Shown piece after piece: positions 61,381 to 64,000 of a stretch of 64,000 nucleotides of DNA. Both the position numbers and the translations under genes were made by a program. Every line of letters begins with the position of its first letter. The first letter of the stretch is position 1. The DNA is taken from NCBI GenBank assembly GCA_963826785.1, contig CAWGYD010000003.1, positions 288,001 to 352,000 of the forward strand, in the 5' to 3' direction. The DNA is from an uncultured delta proteobacterium. GTDB lineage: Bacteria > Desulfobacterota > Desulfobacteria > Desulfobacterales > Desulfosalsimonadaceae. Under the pieces are notes generated by a model. That model had not been told where the DNA came from. It worked only from the letters and a program-made list of their open reading frames with translations, and made no database searches.

Positions 61381-61404
61381 GGAAATAAATCCCCCGTTAA
61401 TCCA

Positions 61405-62001
61405 TCAAAACAGCGCAAATACCGACAGGGTCAGCGCGCCCGGGCGGATGGTCCGGGCATCTTCGGGATAGGGCCGCTCGATGTCGACCCGGGCGCCGTC
61501 GTATGCGGCTTCCAGTCCCAGGCGCAGGCGTTTTTTTCGCAGCAGCTCCATCCCCGCACCCGCCAGCACCCCCGGGCGGGATTTCGACACGTAATCCCCC
61601 GAAGCGTAGTGCCAGGACAGCCCGGCGCGCACATAGGGAGAATATGCCGCATCGGGGAAAAAGAGGAATTTTGCGCTCAGACTGGCCGGAATCTGGACAT
61701 GATTCGCATCATCGATGAGGAGCATGAAAGGCCCCGCGCCGGCCCCCGCCCGGAGCCGGTCCGTGATCCTGCGGTGGGCCTGGAAAAACACGCCGATGGA
61801 CAGGGGATAGATGTCATCGCCCCGGCCGGCATCCCGGGCGTTTTGCCGATAGGCCGACCGGATCTCGTAAAAACCGCTCAACCAGGAATACCCCGCCGAA
61901 AACAGCCAGTCGTCCGCGTGGGCCTGCACCGGCAGGGGCAGAAGCAGCAGCATGGTCAGTACCAGGGAAGAGACAAGTGACTTTAAGGCATCCATCGGCA
62001 A
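61405..62001 (-). CDS. Small outer-membrane beta-barrel protein
   Basis: Signal peptide VQAHA, SPYVRAGLSW, alternating strands, C-terminal Phe. Confidence 0.7.
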   Translation of the reverse strand: MPMDALKSLVSSLVLTMLLLLPLPVQAHADDWLFSAGYSWLSGFYEIRSAYRQNARDAGRGDDIYPLSIGVFFQAHRRITDRLRAGAGAGPFMLLIDDANHVQIPASLSAKFLFFPDAAYSPYVRAGLSWHYASGDYVSKSRPGVLAGAGMELLRKKRLRLGLEAAYDGARVDIERPYPEDARTIRPGALTLSVFALF

Positions 62002-62032
62002 ATCATCTCAGGAATGCCGGCCCGCATGCAAG

Positions 62033-62974
62033 TTAAAAAGCAGCCTTCCCGTCCTGTCTTCGCCAGTTTTCAAACTGGCTGCAGGAGCGGACGCAGCCGA
62101 GGGTGCAGCGGTCCTGGCACGGTTTGGACGCGTAAAACCGCTCCTTCAAGTGACGCATGGAGAGCCTTTCAAGCGGCATGGACCAGTGCTGGCGGGTCTG
62201 GGAGCACATGGAGACCCGGCCCGTTTCATCCACGTAGATGAAACGGCTTCCGGCCCGGCATTTAAAGGGCGCGGCCCCGTTTCGGGCCAGCCGGCCCCGG
62301 TACCCGGAAAAATCCCGGAAGGTGCGGGGAAGCAAAGAGAGGATATCCGCATGGCGAAAAAGCGCCTCCGGGGAAAGGCTCAGCTGACCCAGGGCCTCGT
62401 GCATCAATCCCACCCGGGCGGCAAACCCCATCTGCTTTGACCAGCACAGGATGGTTTTGAGCTCATGGGGCGGGCATGCACCGGCCACCGCGTTTACGGT
62501 GACGTTGAACCGGCTGTTCGCCCGCAGGATTTCCATGGGTTTTTGCAGGTGATCCAGGACCTTTCGGGTGATTTGATTCCGGCTGACCCCGTCGATGGAG
62601 ACCTGCAATTCCTGGAGTCCGGCGGCATCGAGTTCCCGGACCAGGGAGGGGGTGAAATTGAGGGCGTTTGAAATCATGGACACCCGGAAGAAACCCAGCC
62701 TGCGGCCATATCGAATCAGTTCGCAGAGGTCCGGGTGCAGGGTCGGCTCACCGCCGGTGAGGGTGATGATCCGGGTCCCGAGTGCTTTGAGCCGCTCCAT
62801 CCGCTTTTCGAGAACCCGCGCCGAAACCGGTTCCCCTAAAGGTTCATGCTCGCTGCAGTAGGCGCAGGCCAGATTGCACCGGCGGGTGACCACCAGTTGG
62901 GCCACAAAGGGGGAAAAGCGCAGTTTTTGAATCAAAGACGGCATGTTGAAAAACAGATCTCTCGCCGAAGGCAT
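62033..62974 (-). CDS. Radical SAM protein with C-terminal Cys-rich region
   Basis: RRCNLACAYC, TGGEPTLH, CRAG...SMCSQ...CQDRCTLGC. Confidence 0.88.
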   Translation of the reverse strand: MPSARDLFFNMPSLIQKLRFSPFVAQLVVTRRCNLACAYCSEHEPLGEPVSARVLEKRMERLKALGTRIITLTGGEPTLHPDLCELIRYGRRLGFFRVSMISNALNFTPSLVRELDAAGLQELQVSIDGVSRNQITRKVLDHLQKPMEILRANSRFNVTVNAVAGACPPHELKTILCWSKQMGFAARVGLMHEALGQLSLSPEALFRHADILSLLPRTFRDFSGYRGRLARNGAAPFKCRAGSRFIYVDETGRVSMCSQTRQHWSMPLERLSMRHLKERFYASKPCQDRCTLGCVRSCSQFENWRRQDGKAAF

Positions 62975-63060
62975 GAGGCGATTTGGATGTTTTTAAGGGC
63001 TTTGAATTGGCAAACAGATTAAATTAAGTGACTTCATTTTTTTTTGGTATCCGCAGGTCC

Positions 63061-63572
63061 GACACCCCCCTGACCCCCCTCGAGGGGGGAATAAAAAAAG
63101 GAGTCCTTCCTGGAGACGGGCGGTCGGACACCCCCCTTCGCCCCCCTCAAGGGGGGAATTAATGAAGGGATGCCCCCTCGATCGCTTCTCTATCCCCCCT
63201 CGAGAATACGCTTGTGCGCCCCCATCAAGGGAACACCCCCCCTCACCCCCCTCAAGGGGGGAATAAAAGAGGTCCCCTCTGGAGACGGGCGGTCGGACAC
63301 CCCCCTTCGCCCCCCTCAAGGGGGGAATTATGAAGGGATGCCCCACGATCGCTTCTCTATCCCCCTCGAGAATACGCTTTGCGCCCCCATCAAGGGAACA
63401 CCCCCCTCACCCCTCAAGGGGATAAAGAGGTCCCCTCTGGGACGGGCGGGGACACCCCCTGCCCCCCTCAAGGGAACACCCCCCCTCACCCCCCTCGAGG
63501 GGGGAATAAATGAAGGGAGAGGCGAGAATCCTTTTTTCAATTCCCCCCTTGAGGGGGGCGAAGGGGGGTGTC
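63061..63572. repeat. Palindrome cluster with ~170-bp higher-order duplication
   Basis: TGGAGACGGGCGGTCGGACACCCCCCTTCG...GATCGCTTCTCTATCCCCC...GAGAATACGCTT repeated. Confidence 0.85.
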
Positions 63573-63637
63573 CCCGCGCCGGTGCCGACAACGGGCAGAA
63601 AGACACCCGCTGTTTCAATCCATACGCAAGAAAAGCT

Positions 63638-64000
63638 TTACTGTGCGTTGAACATGCGCGCCAGGGACGGCAGGTTTTCGCCGTAGGTGGGGTGGATGTG
63701 AACCGCACGCTCCAGCAGCTTCCAGTCGGCATCGGCCTCTATGAGATCGACGAACACGTGCACCAGTTCCCCGGCCTCGTACCCCACCAGGGTCGCCCCC
63801 AGGATCCGGCCGGTGTCCTGGTCGATGACCATCTCGTAGAATCCGAGTTCATCTCCCCACTCGATGGCCCGGGCCATGTCCTTGACCGCCATGGTCGCGG
63901 TTTGAATCCGGAAGCCTTCCTCCACCGCCTGCTCGGCGCTCAGGCCCGCCCGGCCCACCTGGGGTTCGGTAAATACGGCATAGGCGAGCACCCGGTCGTC
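63638..64000 (-). CDS. Pyridine nucleotide-disulfide oxidoreductase (MerA/Lpd-like), C-terminal part only
   Basis: AVFTEPQVGRAG, ILGATLVG, HIHPTYGE; no C-terminal CC pair, so not called merA. Confidence 0.8.
   Translation of the reverse strand, partial: DDRVLAYAVFTEPQVGRAGLSAEQAVEEGFRIQTATMAVKDMARAIEWGDELGFYEMVIDQDTGRILGATLVGYEAGELVHVFVDLIEADADWKLLERAVHIHPTYGENLPSLARMFNAQ

Noticed and set aside
63006..63025. Sigma-54 promoter from TTGGCAAACAGATT
   Set aside because: Lacks the -12 GC and points away from the adjacent gene.
63638..64000. merA assignment
   Set aside because: No C-terminal vicinal cysteines and only a fragment is visible.

Overview
GC-rich bacterial window, probably from an anaerobic deltaproteobacterium (Desulfobacterota-like; inferred from gene content, not tested). 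It reads as a large stress/dormancy and envelope-remodelling region. It contains: two tandem Ku genes and a distant LigD (NHEJ); three exported Gln/Gly-rich proteins sharing an RGYYG motif, two of them with triple peptidoglycan-binding domains; a hopanoid cluster (ispH-UbiA fusion, squalene synthase, hpnH, hpnG, shc, hpnA, hpnI, the C-3 methylase hpnR, extra radical SAMs) with an embedded MFS and Mla/MCE transporter; 2-oxoacid:ferredoxin oxidoreductase; PfpI, AI-2E, Zn-ADH, FAD/Rieske and MRJP/yellow genes; kaiC-kaiB-kaiB with a PAS hybrid kinase; a NosL/ABC module; and CheB-CheR with a second hybrid kinase. Intergenic DNA is saturated with a CCCCCC-TYRA-GGGGGG palindromic repeat family. The most striking structure is a transposase-free, TIR-bounded cassette carrying a GIY-YIG nuclease between CGTC-type hairpins. 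It occurs as one full copy and two deletion derivatives with the same breakpoint, each inserted in the centre of that palindrome with a 7-8 bp target duplication. There is also a 262-nt cytosine-free tract with telomere-like TTAGGG(G) repeats. Many genes carry single-base frameshifts that look like long-read sequencing errors. All calls come from motif recognition by eye; no database searches were run.
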